Shown here in pieces: positions 1 through 14,600 of a stretch of DNA of 64,000 nucleotides (positions are counted from its first letter, which is position 1; each line of letters starts with the position of its first letter). The position numbers and the translations under genes were made by a program. Below the pieces are notes generated by a model. It had not been told where the DNA came from, searched no databases, and saw nothing but the letters and a program-made list of their open reading frames with translations. Source of the DNA: Cycas panzhihuaensis (Eukaryota > Plantae > Cycadophyta); assembly GCA_023213395.1 (NCBI GenBank), contig CM041465.1, positions 251,789,741-251,853,740 on the forward strand. The letters run 5' to 3'.

Positions 1-749
1 AAGGCATGACATCAAAATCTCTCTCAAGAAGCAAAAAAAAAATGCAAATAAAAAGAAGCAGAGGTTTGAAGCTTCAACTACAAATTTCTCTCAAGTTTCT
101 CTATCATTTTCTTCAAGATTGGTCTTAATCTCTTCCCTTCAACTAAATCTATCTTTCAAGTTTACAACATTTAATTTAGTATATTTTTTATTACAAGCAA
201 AAATCATTGTCAAACTCTAGTCACCATTCTTCTTTTCAAGCCAGATTTCTCCTAATCTAAAGCTTCCCTTCAAAAACCAACTACAAATTTAGAAAGGTGT
301 TGAGGAGATCTTCGAGTTGGACCTATTTTATATTTTTTTTATGGTTATACACTGGACAAATCTGTATAGTCTAGATATTATACTTTCTCTTCATTTTTCT
401 TCTTTTTTTTCTCCTTTTTTTTTTTTGCATTCTCTATTTATATTACACAAATATAGCTATAAGCCCTCAACTGATAGGTGTACCCCAGAAATAATTGTAT
501 CATAGGTATATAGTTATAAGCCCTCAAATATAGGCGTACCCTATTACACAAAGTTGTAAGCCCTCACATCATTTTATTTTCTCACAATGTCATACAAATA
601 AGAGGAATAATCCTCCCATGAAATTATAGATCTCTTGGTGAAGGAACTCTGAGAGCAACATCGAGATGCATAAGCATTTCAATAGAACTTGGTCATTAGT
701 ATGATGACCATAATCTAACAATTACTACATAAGCAACTTATTCTAACAA

Positions 750-3700
750 TGCTTCTACTCAAATATCCCTTTTTCAAATTGGATGCCAAAATCAATATTC
801 CACTTTTTTAGGGTACCTTGAATGTCAACAAGTTATATGTATGGCTTCATAGTCTTGAGGCATAGTTGAAGACACAACAACTCATAAAGCCCCAAAAATT
901 AATTATTGTTAAAGTACACCTAGCTAACCAAGTCTTAATATGGTGGCAAGCCCTCTCATGCCACCAACCTATCACTACCTAAAATGAATTCAAGCATTCC
1001 ATTTGCAATTATTTCTAACCATTTGAATACATGGATGAACTCACCACTTGTTGGTTGCAACTACAATAAATATTAGGACATTCAATCCAATAATACATTG
1101 ATAACTTCTTTAAGTTATCCATCAGGTTAGAGATCACTAATGATGATCATATTCTCAAACTAAAGTTTATTAGGGGCTTGCTTTTATATATTTAATAAGA
1201 AATGGAACTGCTCTAAGTTCCTACATTGGAGGCAACCTTCCAATTCACTCTCAAAATAAAAAACAAACTACAATGGAAGCTAAAGTCACCTTAATTACCA
1301 TTCACAACACCTGCTTCCTTATCCAAACTAACATTTATGCCCAAATCTTAGTGCCCTTCCACCATTGGCCCTATAAAATATTTCTCTTTTTATAAATGCT
1401 ATGGATATGTAGATAATGAATGTCAAGAATAGCATAATAACTACATTGTAATGGCAGAATCTTAAGTAGCACCTAAACAATCAAACATCATCACTATCAA
1501 GAAACCCAAAGCTCTAGATTCATAGCTTGTTCTCATGACAATTGTGTACTCCATGTAAGATAAAGAATGGTTATTCACTCAAAACTACCAATTCAAAGAT
1601 TGATTGGGCTTATGCATCATCATCAATAACAAGCTTACATTTGAAACCACCAAGCTACGTTTGAAACCATACACTCTTGGATGGCTCACGATAAACAAGC
1701 ATACTACTATGGTTGATAAAGTCTATAGCATTATATTTACCATCCCACCATTCATCGACACAACTGACTATGATGTTTTCCCTATGGATTGTAGTGACCT
1801 ACTCAAGCTGCCTTATTAACATGATCGTTGAGCATTATATGATGGGTTCCACAACACATATACACTTCACAATGATGGAAAATCTTATAAATTCCAATTA
1901 ATAACTTATACTCTTCATGAAAGGCACTTCTCACAGGGAATCAAGCTGTCAAATTAGCAAGTACCTACAAGCAAATGGTACTCTATATGGTTCATTGAGA
2001 TGAAAAGGAAAATTATAATAAAATTTTGCCAGTAGTAATAAAAGCTCGTTTAAATGTGTATTTTGATGTGTTTGCATATCCCAAAGGCCTTCCACCTAAA
2101 AGAGCCATATAACATGCCATTGATAGCTTTCTAGGATCACCCCTCCCAAATCAAGCTCCATACTACACAACTCCCAATGCATGAGCCAAACTAAAGAGCT
2201 AATTAATACAATTGATTAACAAAGGAAATTTTCAGTCAAGATGATCCCCTTATGGTTCATTCACCTTGTTCATTCCTGAAAAGTATAGTAAAAGGCAGTT
2301 ACACATCGACTAAAGTGCTCTTAATAAATTCATAATAAAAAATAGATATCCTCTTCCATACATTAAGGCCTTGATAGACTAGTTGAAAGTTGTAAAATAT
2401 CTTAGAAAATTTGATCTCACCTTAGGATATCACCAAGTTTGCATGGAAGCCCACAACACATGGAAGAGAACCTTCAAGATTTAACATGGTTTATATTAGT
2501 GGTTAGTAATGCCTTTTGGCCTAACTAATACTACAACCAATTTTATGTAACTCATCAATGATAGTTTTTAGCCATATTTAGGAAAATTTATCATTGGATA
2601 TCTCGATAACATACTTATATTTAGAACTCCTCTAGAGAAGCATCTACAACATGTTGACAAAGTCATGGTCCTACTTCAATAACACCAACTCAATGCCAAA
2701 TTCAAAAAATATTTCTTTTGCACATAAGTCCATCTCTTACCTTAGGTTCATCATTAATGCCAAAGGTATTCATATGGATCTTAACAAGGTTTACATCATC
2801 CATTGCTAACCCATACTAGCTAAACTCATAGAACTCAAAAACTTCCTTGGCAACATCAATTTTTATCACAAATTCATTTGACATTTCTCCAGCTTGGCAC
2901 ATCCACTCAACATTCTCACTAAAAGTTCCAAGGAATTCATAGAAGTAGAAGAAACTTTCTACAAGCTAAAAGTCACCTTATGTATGCCACCTATTCTCCA
3001 ACTTCCTAACTTCAACCAATCTTTTAAGCTAGAAATAGATGCCTCCTAATTTTCCTTAGGTGTAGTTCTTAAGTAGGAAGGACATCCAGTAGCCTACCAC
3101 TCTTAAATATTTTCACAAGTTAAGCTCAACTACAAAACACATGGTAAAGAATTTTATGCACTGGTCCAGAAACTTAAACATTGGTGACACTTCCTATTAG
3201 GGAAAAAAACTATCATCTACATTGATCATCAATCCCTTCAATACCTCGAATCCTATTATAAGATATACGAGCATCAACATTTGAAATGGGCATCTTACAT
3301 ACAATAATTTCAACTTGTTATTGAGTACAATAAAAGGACCTCCAACAAAGTTTCTAATTTCTTAAGCCACCCATTGATGCATACCTTGGCTACCATCTTG
3401 GACACCAAATTCAATAACTACTCTAAATACAAAGATCTTTATCCCTCTAACCCATTGTTTAGACTTATTCTGTCTACTCTCCTCCACCCCACCAAGACTA
3501 ATATAAAGCCTTCTTTAAATTATCATCTCAATGATGGATTGTTATTTTGACTCAATCATCTTTACATTCCTATAGTTATATCATGATAACAATTTCTCAA
3601 AGAAGTTCACTCATCAATATATGGAAACTACTTTAGGATGTATAAAATGCTCCAACATCTTCATTGCTATTTTTATTGTCTATCCATGATAAAGACAATA

Positions 3701-4830
3701 GAAGACTACATCAGGTGACATTCATTATGTAGTCAATCCAAGCCTTCTAATCAAAAGTTGGGACTCTATCAACCATTACCTCTTCAAAGTCAACTATGGG
3801 AGTATGTTTCAATGGATTTCATTAATTGGCTACCTACGACACAATGATGACATGACTGCATCTTTTTCATAGTCTATAGATTTTCAAAAATGATAGTATT
3901 CATTCCCTACTAAAAGGAGATATTTGTACCTTAAGTAGTAACATTCTTCTTCTAGCACATATGGACACATTATGGCATACCTCTCTATATCATCTATGAT
4001 AGAGACAATCATTTTATCAGTCATTTCTAGTAGTTTCTATGGAAGATGCTTGGATGTGAGCTATAAAGCTTTCCATATCTTTTCACCCTCAAGCAAACAT
4101 CCAAACAAAAGTTGTTAATAGAAGCTTATCTTATGCACTCAAAATATATTAATATACCCATGAGCAATGGGACACACAACTACATCACATCCAACATAGC
4201 TATAATTGGGCAACTCATATCTCCACTAGTCACTCTCCATTTGAAGTTTGTTATGGTTATCAACCACCCATACCTTATGAGATACCATTGATAGTTTCAA
4301 CTCCTATCATAGCACATGATTATAAGGAACAACAAAACATAGTCACTTTTTACTGATCATTTGGTACAAACACACTTTATAGTCTAATACATCCTATAAA
4401 GGACACAGGAAAAAGTTCAGTTTTAGGTAGGAGACAAAGTTTGACTCTACCTGGATAAACAACATTTTAAGTACCATCAAAAGCTTACACCCATCTACTT
4501 TAGCAACTATACCATCCTCCAAGCCATTGCACCCAATGCTTTTTGCCTCAATTTGCCTACCCATTTAGGCATCCATGATGTCATCAACATCGGTGACCTT
4601 AATTAGCATAAGACGCTACAATTAGAGAATAAACCTCTAGCCACTCATCCATACAATACCACCCCAAAATTCTGACCACCACTTTGCAAAGTCAGCTTAC
4701 TAGATATCAGGGAAAGGACCACTAGGCAATAAAAGACTACAACATATCTAATCAGTAGAAAAGGCACACAACCAAAGTGAAGTAGATTTTTGTAGCGATT
4801 TTCATGAACAATTCCCCCACTACTAGAAAA
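750..4830 (+). pseudogene. gag-pol pseudogene of element A (many TGG>TAG/TGA and CAA>TAA stops)
   Basis: Gag, protease, RT, RNase H and integrase motifs are readable in gypsy order across frames; ORF 1604-1819 contains KPYTLGWL. Confidence 0.9.
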
Positions 4831-4864
4831 AATTGAGGATAATTTTCTCTTAAGAAGGAGGAAA

Positions 4865-5157
4865 TTATGAGTATCTCGTAGTGTATGCTAATATTCTTTA
4901 TATGCTTTATTATGTGTACTTTAGTATGTGAGTAACTCATAATATATGTATTCCTCATAGGATACTCACTTAAGGGACAAGTAGAGCATTCACTCCATGG
5001 ACAACAAGTGTCCCTACATGTAGCCCACCAACACATGTATATATATAGGTGATTCTTTTTAAGAACGACATTAATAAAGAGAAACTTCTCATTTTCTCTA
5101 ATTACTTCTCAAGTGATCTTATTCATTGCTTATTGTCCAGCCTCATTATTCATATCA
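4865..5157 (+). repeat. 3' LTR of element A (~290 bp; ancestral termini TGATG...TATCA)
   Basis: Follows the PPT; homologous to the 5' LTRs at 24203-24878 and 34632-41111. Confidence 0.88.
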
Positions 5158-5423
5158 AGCACCCTCATCCTATGGATTAATATTATCAATGTCAATACAT
5201 AAAGGATTCACAATACCTAATATCAAAACCCTCTTCAAAGTCTATGCCTATAGATGAAGTGAATAGGTATCAAGAGGCTAGCCTCTGGAATAGGCACTTA
5301 GAGAAGTGGATCCTTAATCATAGTAAGGTGTGCAAAGCTAAGCAGATGGTCTTTATAATTGATTCTAACCTATCTATAGAAAAAGATTCAAACTATGAGC
5401 CTCAACCATGTGACAACCATTCC
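5158..5423 (+). pseudogene. gag C-terminal fragment of the older Reina-like gypsy element O (right flank of the A insertion)
   Basis: ORF 5244-5447 (EKWILNHSKVCKAKQMVF) is paralogous to ORF 51642-51833. Confidence 0.8.
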
Positions 5424-5424
5424 T

Positions 5425-5680
5425 TAATGATTCAAACTCTTCTATAATGTTCTCTAGAAATAACTTAAAAACTTGTTATTTCTATCTGAAGTAATAGTCT
5501 TTGGCACCCCATGTACCTTAACAACCTCCTTAAAAAATAAATTTATTATCTTGATTGCATCACTACTCTTTTTTTACATGTAATAAAATGAGCTATTTTT
5601 TAAAATCTATCCATAACAACAAATATGAAGTTATTACCTCATTAGGTATTTGATAATCTTAACACAAAATCCACACTCAT
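5425..5680 (-). pseudogene. isolated gypsy integrase-core fragment, related to element J
   Basis: Minus strand reads approximately [44 protein letters not shown]; similar to 10110-10360. Confidence 0.8.
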
Positions 5681-8600
5681 GAGGTAGATGGTAAGATATA
5701 AGGGGTCGAGGATGTAACATAACTCCAAGAATATGTTACAACTATGGTAAGACTAGTCATTTTGCAAGTTCATATAGGGCCTTTGACTTGTATTATCATT
5801 GTGGTCAACTAGGACATTTTCATACTAATGTCCACTTAGGAGAGTAGACATCTAGAGAGGCAAATGTCTAGTGGGAAACTTCACCAAAGAGTAAATTGAT
5901 GGAGAAGAAGAAGAGGAAACTACCTTCATTGTCACACTTGGAGTAAGTCTTTAGGATAAAGGCATGTGGTACATTGACTCGGGGGCATCACGACACATGA
6001 CCAATAGAGAAGAATGATTTGAAACCCTATAACTATACTCTCTAGATAGATTAGTGGAGTTAGGGGATAAATCCCCCCTCAACATAAAAGGAGTAGAAAC
6101 CATAACAATCAAATTGTAAGACAAGTTCAAAAAAATTAAAAATATACTCTTGGTTCCATATCTAAAAATGAACCTCTTATCTGTTTCTCAGCTTAGGAAA
6201 AGGGGTTTAAGGACTATCTTTGATGAAGAAGGATTTTGTTATATCCTTGATATGAAAAAAACTGGCTATGTAATTACTAGAGGAGTTGAAAGTAATGACA
6301 TGTATAGGCTATTTTCATACCCTATTCTATCTTATGTAAATGCATATACTATTGTAAGTCATAATGAAAAAATATGGAATTTGAAGTATGGACACCTTCC
6401 CATAAATAAATTAAAAACTATGAAAAAGGAAGGGTTAGATAGTGGACTACCATCAATCATACCTGATAATTTTATATGTAAAAGCTGCTAATCAGGAAAA
6501 CAACACAAGGTGTCTTTTAAAGAGAGCAAGTGAAAAGCCTAGAAGAAATTAGAATTAGTTTACATAGATATATATGGACCCTTCACTCCACATTCCATCA
6601 ATGGATGTAGATACTTTCTCACATTCATAGATGGCTTGACTAGAAAAAATTGGGTTTATTTTTTGCACAATAAATAAGAAGTATACAATATATTCAAGAA
6701 ATTCAAAGCTAAGCAGAAGTAGAGGCTGAAGAAAAAATTAAATATATAATATATGATGGTAGAGGCAAGTATATATCTAAAGAATTTATAGAGTATTGCA
6801 AAGCTAATTGAATACAAAGGCAATTCACAACACCATACACACCTCAATCTGATGGGGTTGTAGAAATAAAGAACAGAACCATTATGGAAAATGCATGCAG
6901 TATGGTATATGAAAAAGGTGTTCCCAAATCATATTGGACTAAAGCAATAAACACTGCTTGTTATTTACTAAATAGGAGCCCAACTAAGGCAGTAGACCTT
7001 CTCACACCAGAAGAACCATAGATAGGAAGAAAGCCAGATGTAAGTCATTTCAAAGTATTTGGTTGTCAAGCCTTTGTTCACATACCATATAAAAAAAAGA
7101 ATAAAGCTTGACTCAAAAAGTTTGGAATGTGTTATGATTGGCTATAGCAATAATTCAAAAGCTTATAAATACATGGATCCAAAAATAAACAAGATCTATG
7201 TAAGTCTGGATGTCGTCTTCAACAAAGAAGAAGAAGAATAAGTTACAGATCAAATTAGAATAATAGAAAGATGACCTCAGGTTGCACCTCACGACACTCC
7301 TGCAAAAGAAGAATCTGGCATAACTTCAGAAGATATTTTAGAAGAGTCTATCACACCCTAAGCTTCTCACAAGGATTCTACTTTAGAATAAGAAGAATTA
7401 TCTCATAAAGAGTCAAAGATTAATCATGCCAGAAAAGAAAAAAGAGTACCTAAGTGGTACCTCAAAATAATTGAGGAAGGGAAAGGAGACATACTTCCTC
7501 ATAGAATGAGTCAAAAATACCGAGCCCTGTATAACCACTTAGAACCAATGTCATATGCATAAGCAAAGGAGCACACTGAATGGAGAAACATTATGGATGT
7601 TGAACTAGACTCCATCATCAGAAATCAAACTTAGGAATTGGTAGAACTACCATCCAATAAGTTAGTTATAAATTGTAAATGGATCTATAAAATAAAAGAA
7701 GGAGCAAATGGGAAAGTAGAAAAATATAAGGCCAGATTAGTTACAAAGGGCTATACCCAAATAGAATGAGTGGATTATAATGAAACTTTTTTACCTATAG
7801 CCAAACTAGACACTATAACAATAGTGATAACTCTAGCAGCATAAAAATATTAGAAGATAGACCAGTTGGATGTCAAAAGTGCCTTTTTGAATGGTGAAAT
7901 AGAAGAAGAAGTCTATATGTCACAACCTGATGGTTACTTCAAACAAGGATAGGAACACTTGGTTTATAAATTGAAAAAGTCCTTGTATGGGTTGAAACAA
8001 GCTCCTCGTGCATGGTATGTCAAGTTGGATAACCATCTTTACCAAAATGGCTTCCACATGTGTAGTTTAGATTGAAGTCTATATGTAATGAATAGAAATG
8101 ACACAATCACTATAGTAGTGGTATATGTTGATGATATGATTCTCATTGGTGATGATGAAGAATTAATATCTGACATAAAAATTTAGCTAGAGAGTAAATT
8201 TGAAATGATTGATTTGGGCCTCCTTAACTATTACTTAGGAATCTAAGTTGATCAAAAGGGTTATTCAATCACCTTATGTTATAACAAGTATATCAAATAC
8301 TTATTGATAAAATTCCAAATGGAAGAATATAATCTATGATCCACCCCTATAGAAGTAACTATAATCTAGTTCTAGATGAGAAAGAAACATATGTTAATAC
8401 CACTTTATATAGGTAACTCATTGGCAGCCTAATCTATCTCATAGTAACCAGACTTGATATCTCATATTCTATAGGTTTGATATCAAGATACATGCATGAA
8501 CCTAGAACAAAACAAAGTAGCAAAGAAGATATTAAGATATCTAAAAGGAACAACATAATTGAAGCTAATATTCCCAAAGGAAAAATCTCTTCAATTGATA

Positions 8601-9463
8601 GGATTCTATGATTCAAACTAGGCATGAGATAAAGAATAAACGAAATCAACTAGTGGGTATTGTTTTTTCTTGGGCACAACACCAATCTCTTGGAGGAGTA
8701 AAAAATAAGCTACAATAGGCCTATCATCCATAGAGGTAGAGTACAAGTCAACAGTTAGTGTAACCACTAAAGTAATATAGCTAAAGCAGCTCCTAACACA
8801 TATAAATCTATACCAAAAAGGACCAACAACACTCTACTGTGACAATTAAAGCATAATCAAGCTAACCAAAAATCTAGTAATTCATACTAGAACTAAGCAC
8901 ATTAAAGTCCATCATCATTTTATTTGAGAAAAGGTTCTAAACAAGGAGATTAATCTTGTCTATTACCCAACAGGAGATCAGATGACTGATATATTAACAA
9001 AGCCTCTAGGAAAAGATAAATTTTAAATTCTTAGAGATAAGATAGGATTAAAGGGATAAAACATTAAGAGAGGGTGTTAGGATATAATGTTTTATCTATG
9101 GAATCAAGGGGCTCAAGGGGAGTTACTATAGATTCCTCATTAATGTTAGTTTAGTCACATAGGTGGACACAAGTCAAACAAGCGTCATTCTGGTATGTTT
9201 TAGTTAAAATTTGTTCAAAGGGGAGTTACAAACCCTAAATGTATTTATTTTTAAAGCTCTCTCTCTAATACACAATCAAGTACTTTCATTTGATATCTGA
9301 GTAACTTTTGCCAGTTATTATGCTAGAATTTCTACCATTTGTCTAAACTGAGTTTCCTTAGTTCACCTTTGAAAATTAAGATATTGTCCTCTTGTTGTAG
9401 GCCTCTCCACTAAACTAAATACCTATCATAACTACCGTATATTGTGTGAATTAATTTTCTATC
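5681..9463 (+). mobile_element. Ty1/copia element K, 5'-truncated and degenerate
   Basis: Two decayed CCHC knuckles (5733-5835), protease WYIDSGASRHMT (~5967), GAG-pre-integrase (ORF 6150-6491), integrase, RT YVDD (8124-8135), RNase H, PPT AAGAGAGGG, then TGTTAG at 9071. Confidence 0.92.
9071..9463 (+). repeat. 3' LTR of copia K (right boundary approximate)
   Basis: Starts with TG directly after the PPT; ends where the minus-strand gypsy J sequence begins. Confidence 0.65.
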
Positions 9464-9464
9464 T

Positions 9465-12400
9465 AGTATAATGTTTAATCTCTTCCTTCTTCTTCCTCAA
9501 TACTTATTGCCTCTAGTTCATCCCTTATATTATCACCTCCTTCATGAAAAGCATATAAATCAAAAATATTAACTATATACAAGGTTTTAAGATGGATTCA
9601 CCCCATAAGAATTATTAGTAGTTTCCTTCATAATTATATAGTGGCCTATCTTCTTATATTTTAACTTGTTATATATACCTTGAGAAAGCCCATCCTTCCT
9701 CAAGTACCATAACAAAATCCACTTCTGCAAATACCTTTCTTCTCTTGTTCAGATCTGTCACTGCCTTATACTTATCATTACTATCCTATAATTTTCACTT
9801 CACCTCATCATGCATCTACTGCATGTGCTATGTGAATGCCTCTACATCGTTATTTATCCTATCATTAATGGATAATTGTACAAAATCTAATACTCCCTTA
9901 AGATTCCTACTATACACAATTTAGAATGGTTACTTATATATCGACTTATTCTCAGAGTTATTATGTATAAACTCAGCCTGTGCCAATGGCAAATTAAATT
10001 GCTTAGAATTCTCTCTAATAGTACATCTTAATAGTTTACCCAAACTCCTATTTACTATCTTTGTCTACCCAATAATTTGTAGATGGTAAGCACTACTAAA
10101 TTATAGATTTATCCCCAATTTCTTCTACAATGTTTGTCAAAAATGATTTAGAATCTTATTATCCTTGTCCAAAGTAATAGTCTCTAGCACCCAATGTAAC
10201 TTAACAACCTCCTTAAGAAATAAATATGTTATACTTGTTATTTTATAAGATTTTTTACATGCAATAAAATGAGTCATTTGTTAAAATCTGTCCATAACAA
10301 CAAATATAGAATCATTACCTTGTTGGATGTTTGGCAATCCTAACATAAACTCTATGCTTAAATTTATCCATAGTCCTTCTAGTATCGGTAAGGACATATA
10401 TAGTCAAGTGTCCTATATGTGTCCTTTGGTTGCTTGTCAATTCATATACCTTGCCACATAATTTAACATATCTCACTTCATCTTTAGATAATAGTTCTTC
10501 TCCTCTAATAAAGCTATGGTCTTATTCCTATCAAATTATCCTCTATGACCTCTATTATACAATTCTCTCATAATGTTATCCTTCATAGACCCAACCTAAA
10601 TGCATAATTATTTTTCCTTAAATAGATATCCATCATGCATAAAATAATCATCATAATTAGACCAAATCCCATTAACTAAGGGATTCTTATAATGTTATAT
10701 AACTTTTCTAAATTTTAGGTTAGTTTCATATAAATCCTTTAAAGCATCAAATCTAACCACTTCACTCACCATAGTGGTTAACATCGCCACCCCCTTACTC
10801 AATGCTTCTTCCACTTAGTTTGTTTCCCTGACTTGTACTTTAATAAAAAGGTAAAACTCTATAAATATGAAATTCACTTAGTATTTCTAATATTTAACTT
10901 CTTTTAGATGTTTACATACTTTAATGTTTAATAGCCAGTAAATAAAATAAACTCCCTAGGCATGAGGTAATACCTCTAATGTCTCAAGGCTTACACAATG
11001 GCATAAAATTATATATCATAAGTTGAATACCTCTTCTTTGTCTCATTTAACTTTTCACTATAAAATACAATTGGCCTTCCTTCCTAACTTAACACAACTC
11101 CAATAGTAACATGGGAGGCATCACAGTTAACCTCAAACACTTTTCTAAAATCTAGCAATACCAATACAGGTGCCTTTATCACCTTTTACTTCATCAACTT
11201 AAAACTATACTTTGATGTTTTAGCCTAAATAAATTTATTACCTTTTGTACAATCTATAAAAGGGGCAATAATACAACTAAATTTTCTAATGAACTTCCTA
11301 TAGGATATGGCTAATCCATGGAAGATCCTCATCTCAATTAAAATGTTAAGATTAGATCCATTTAACAATGGCCCTAATCTTCTCCTCATCCATATGTAGT
11401 CCATCATAGAAAATTATAAATCCCCAAAATACTAGACTACTCTACATAAACTTGTATTTTTTAAGGATCACATATAACTTCTCTACTCTTAATACATCTA
11501 ACACCATCCTCCACTACATTAAATATTCCTCCTTAGCTTTATATTTTAATATTAAAATATCATCAAAATAAACAACTATAAACTTGCTAATATATGGTCG
11601 TAGAACAATGTTTTTTCATAAATATAGTTGAGGTGTTTGACATCCTAAATGGCATAACTAGCCATTCATACAACCTATATCTTATTTTGAATGTCATCTT
11701 CCATTCATCTCTTTCCTGGATTTGAATCTAATAATAACCACTTCTTAAGTTGATTTTAGTGAAATAAGATGTGCCTACTAAAATATCTATAATGTCATCC
11801 ATGTAAAGGATTGGGAACTTACACTTAATTATAACTTGTTAATTATGCTATAATTAACATGCTTCCTTTAACAATTATCTTACTTGGGATTAAAAGTGTA
11901 AGAGTTTCACATGGACTCAAACTTTCTCTTACCATCACTTTCTTTAACAGCTCACTAACTTGCTTGTTTAATTTCTCATTCTCTACTAGGTTTATTTTAT
12001 AGGCTACTTGATTTAGTAAAGAAGATCATAGAATTAGCTCAATATAATGTTGAATATCCCTTATAGGTGGTAGTCCATCTAAAATTCATTTAGCATAACA
12101 TTTGTATACTCAATTAGTATGCATGTTACCTCATTTAGTTTTTGTACACCTTCTTCTTTGACCTTCTTTGCCATCAAGGCATAACAAATATTAGTTTACT
12201 TCTCTCTTAAAGTATTTTATAGTTAGCATAGTCTTTACCTGCCCTCTTCCTTTACATACAACAACACCACCTTCACACCATCATTTTAGAAGGTGTAAGT
12301 GTTCTTCCTTTTATCATGATAGGCATTCTTATCATACTATCATGGTCTCCTTAATAACATATGGCAAGTATCTATTAGAAGAACATTTCACTATATCTCA

Positions 12401-14600
12401 TATTAGTATGTATTCCAAATAGTAAATTTTACTAAATACCTCTTATCCACTTCCACCTCACTCCCATTTTTCATAGAAGAAATTTGGTAGGTGGTAGGGT
12501 GCCTTTTATAATATAAGTATAATATTTCTACCATATTTTTACCATTAATAACAACTTTTCAAACCTTACCTCCATAGGTGCATCTCATCTAGAAAATATC
12601 ATTATGTAGCCATGAGTTATCATTCACCTTTACTTTTCATTTTTCCTATGCATGTATTTGTTTTGACATAATCCAAATTCTCCTCTACATCTACTACAAC
12701 ATCTACCTATTGTTCCTCAACCTTAGCTCAATTTACTCTTGATTACTCCCTTTGATTTTTTGGATGTTCATAGTGATAATGAAATCCATAGGCCTTATGA
12801 CCACCTTCTTTGCATTTGAAGAAAATGATAGGCCTCTTTGGTGTATTACCTCCTCTACCAAAGCTTTTACCCCTTTGTGATCTATAGAAACCTCTACCTC
12901 TTAAGTGGTTTTAGAATCCTCTTTGCTTTTGTCTCCCTAAGGCTATACCTTACAACACATCGTCCTGTCTCCATATTTGATTAGATGACTCCCTACTAAA
13001 GTAATTAGATTGACCCCTACCTCTAAATGGGGGTGATGGACCATTTCTTATTATAGGTGATTTTCAAACAAGATTTATATTTTGTTTCTCCTTTTCCTTC
13101 AATTCAAATTAGTAAGTGTCTTCAACACTATTAATCCCAAGCATGCTTAATTCATTCTGGATATAAAGCTTTAGACCATTTACATGCTTGATAGTCATAT
13201 GTTCTTTTGTTTCCTCGTGCTCCATTTTAATAAACAACTTGTAAAATTTATCTATGTAATCTTCAACACTTATCTTCATCTATCACAAGTTTTAGAATTT
13301 TCTACATAAAGTTTGATAGCAGTCCCCATGAAGGTTAATTTCTCCTTCATTTTATTTACCATCTTATTATAAGTTCTAACCTTATTCTTTTATTTTCTTA
13401 CCCTCTCCTTATGCAAGTGATCCCACCATAATATTGTATTGCCCTTTAGCTTGATCCATGTCAGTTATACTTTATTTTCCTTTGTCATTTCCTTCTATTT
13501 GAAGAATTTCTCTATGATATTTAACCAATCAACTAACTCTTTAGGTTTTAAGCTGCCTCCATACTCTAAAATATAAATCTTCACTCTATTATTTTTTTTT
13601 CTTTTAATGCTCTCAATATTCTCTCCCCATAGGATTCTAGTTCTTGGCATCCTTCTTCCCCATATTCCACTCTAACTTCAAGCTCTAATTTTACATCATT
13701 ATCATATCTTATTGGACTTTGTCCATTCCTCGAGGATTTCTTCTTGTCTCACCACTATCTTAATCAGCTTTATTACTCTTCATTGTAACTCTTACATGCT
13801 TCTATTCAATTATGAAGTCACCCCCTTGGTCATCTTATATCTTAAGTTGTTTACTTTCTTGTTGCAAATACTTTTTAATCTACCTCCAATACTTCTTAAA
13901 TATAGTTTTAAAAGAAAATGTAATTTGTTGTAAACATTTTCCTCTTCTCATAGAGCTAAACTATGCCCCAATACTAAATGATGGGGAGGTTTGTAATCAA
14001 ATCCTTGAACAATTCATGCATGTAAGAAATAAGAAGATTTAAAGTAAAATAGAGGCAACCCTTTATAAAAATGTTTTTCATTAATAATTTCTCTTTCCAT
14101 TTCAAAATTGAAAAGAACTATATTTTTACAATCTAAAAGTATATAAATTTGAGTCCTCCACCCATGAAAAAATCCTAATTACCATTCCCTAAAATTAGGT
14201 AGAAACTTTATATCTTTAGTAAAATTATAATAATTACTATTTTTAGTAAATTCTTCAAAAGATCTCTAATTTTCTCAAATAAAAAATAACCTAAAGATAA
14301 CTAAATATGTAATGAACCTTTAACCTCTTAATTACCTTTTATTAAACATAATTCATATCTTAAAATTTACATCTTGCCATTTTTTTAAAGACTTTTATAT
14401 AGATGGAATTAAGAAAGTGATTTTGAAACCTTAAATGACCTTTTTCTTAAAATGGTTACATATCTAACAACGATGTATAGCCAACTTATACTGAAAGTTG
14501 TAGATCTTGTCTTAAAATTCAATTTTCATATGTGAATTATTAAAAATAATTTGGAAATAAGCAAGATACATTGATTTTAGTGCTTTTTTTTTTCCTACTA
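9465..14600 (-). mobile_element. Ty3/gypsy CRM-like element J, 3'-truncated and degenerate
   Basis: Minus strand: gag (EYGGSLKPKELVDWL ~13560; knuckle FKCKEGGH ~12810), RT VVYFDDIL (~11570), RNase H VFEVNCDAS (~11130), integrase (10560-9850). Degenerate reverse PBS GCCCCAATACTA at ~13965-13976; 5' LTR at about 13979-14600. Confidence 0.88.

Larger units (their letters stand above)
1..5157 (+). mobile_element. Ty3/gypsy chromovirus (CRM-like) element A, copy 0; degenerate, 5' LTR lies upstream of the window
   Basis: Decayed gag (FFKLDAKINIPLF*G, ~770), RT (YLDNILI, ~2598), RNase H (LEIDAS, ~3030) and integrase (WEYVSMDF, ~3797). PPT AAGAAGGAGGAAA at 4852-4864, then a 3' LTR. Positions 1-3490 are homologous to 41303-51585 and the first ~690 bp to 25070-25789. 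Confidence 0.92.

Noticed and set aside
455-570. Three TAAGCCCTC repeats in the A leader as telomere-like or regulatory array
   Set aside because: Not TTTAGGG; short, irregularly spaced leader repeats with no further support.
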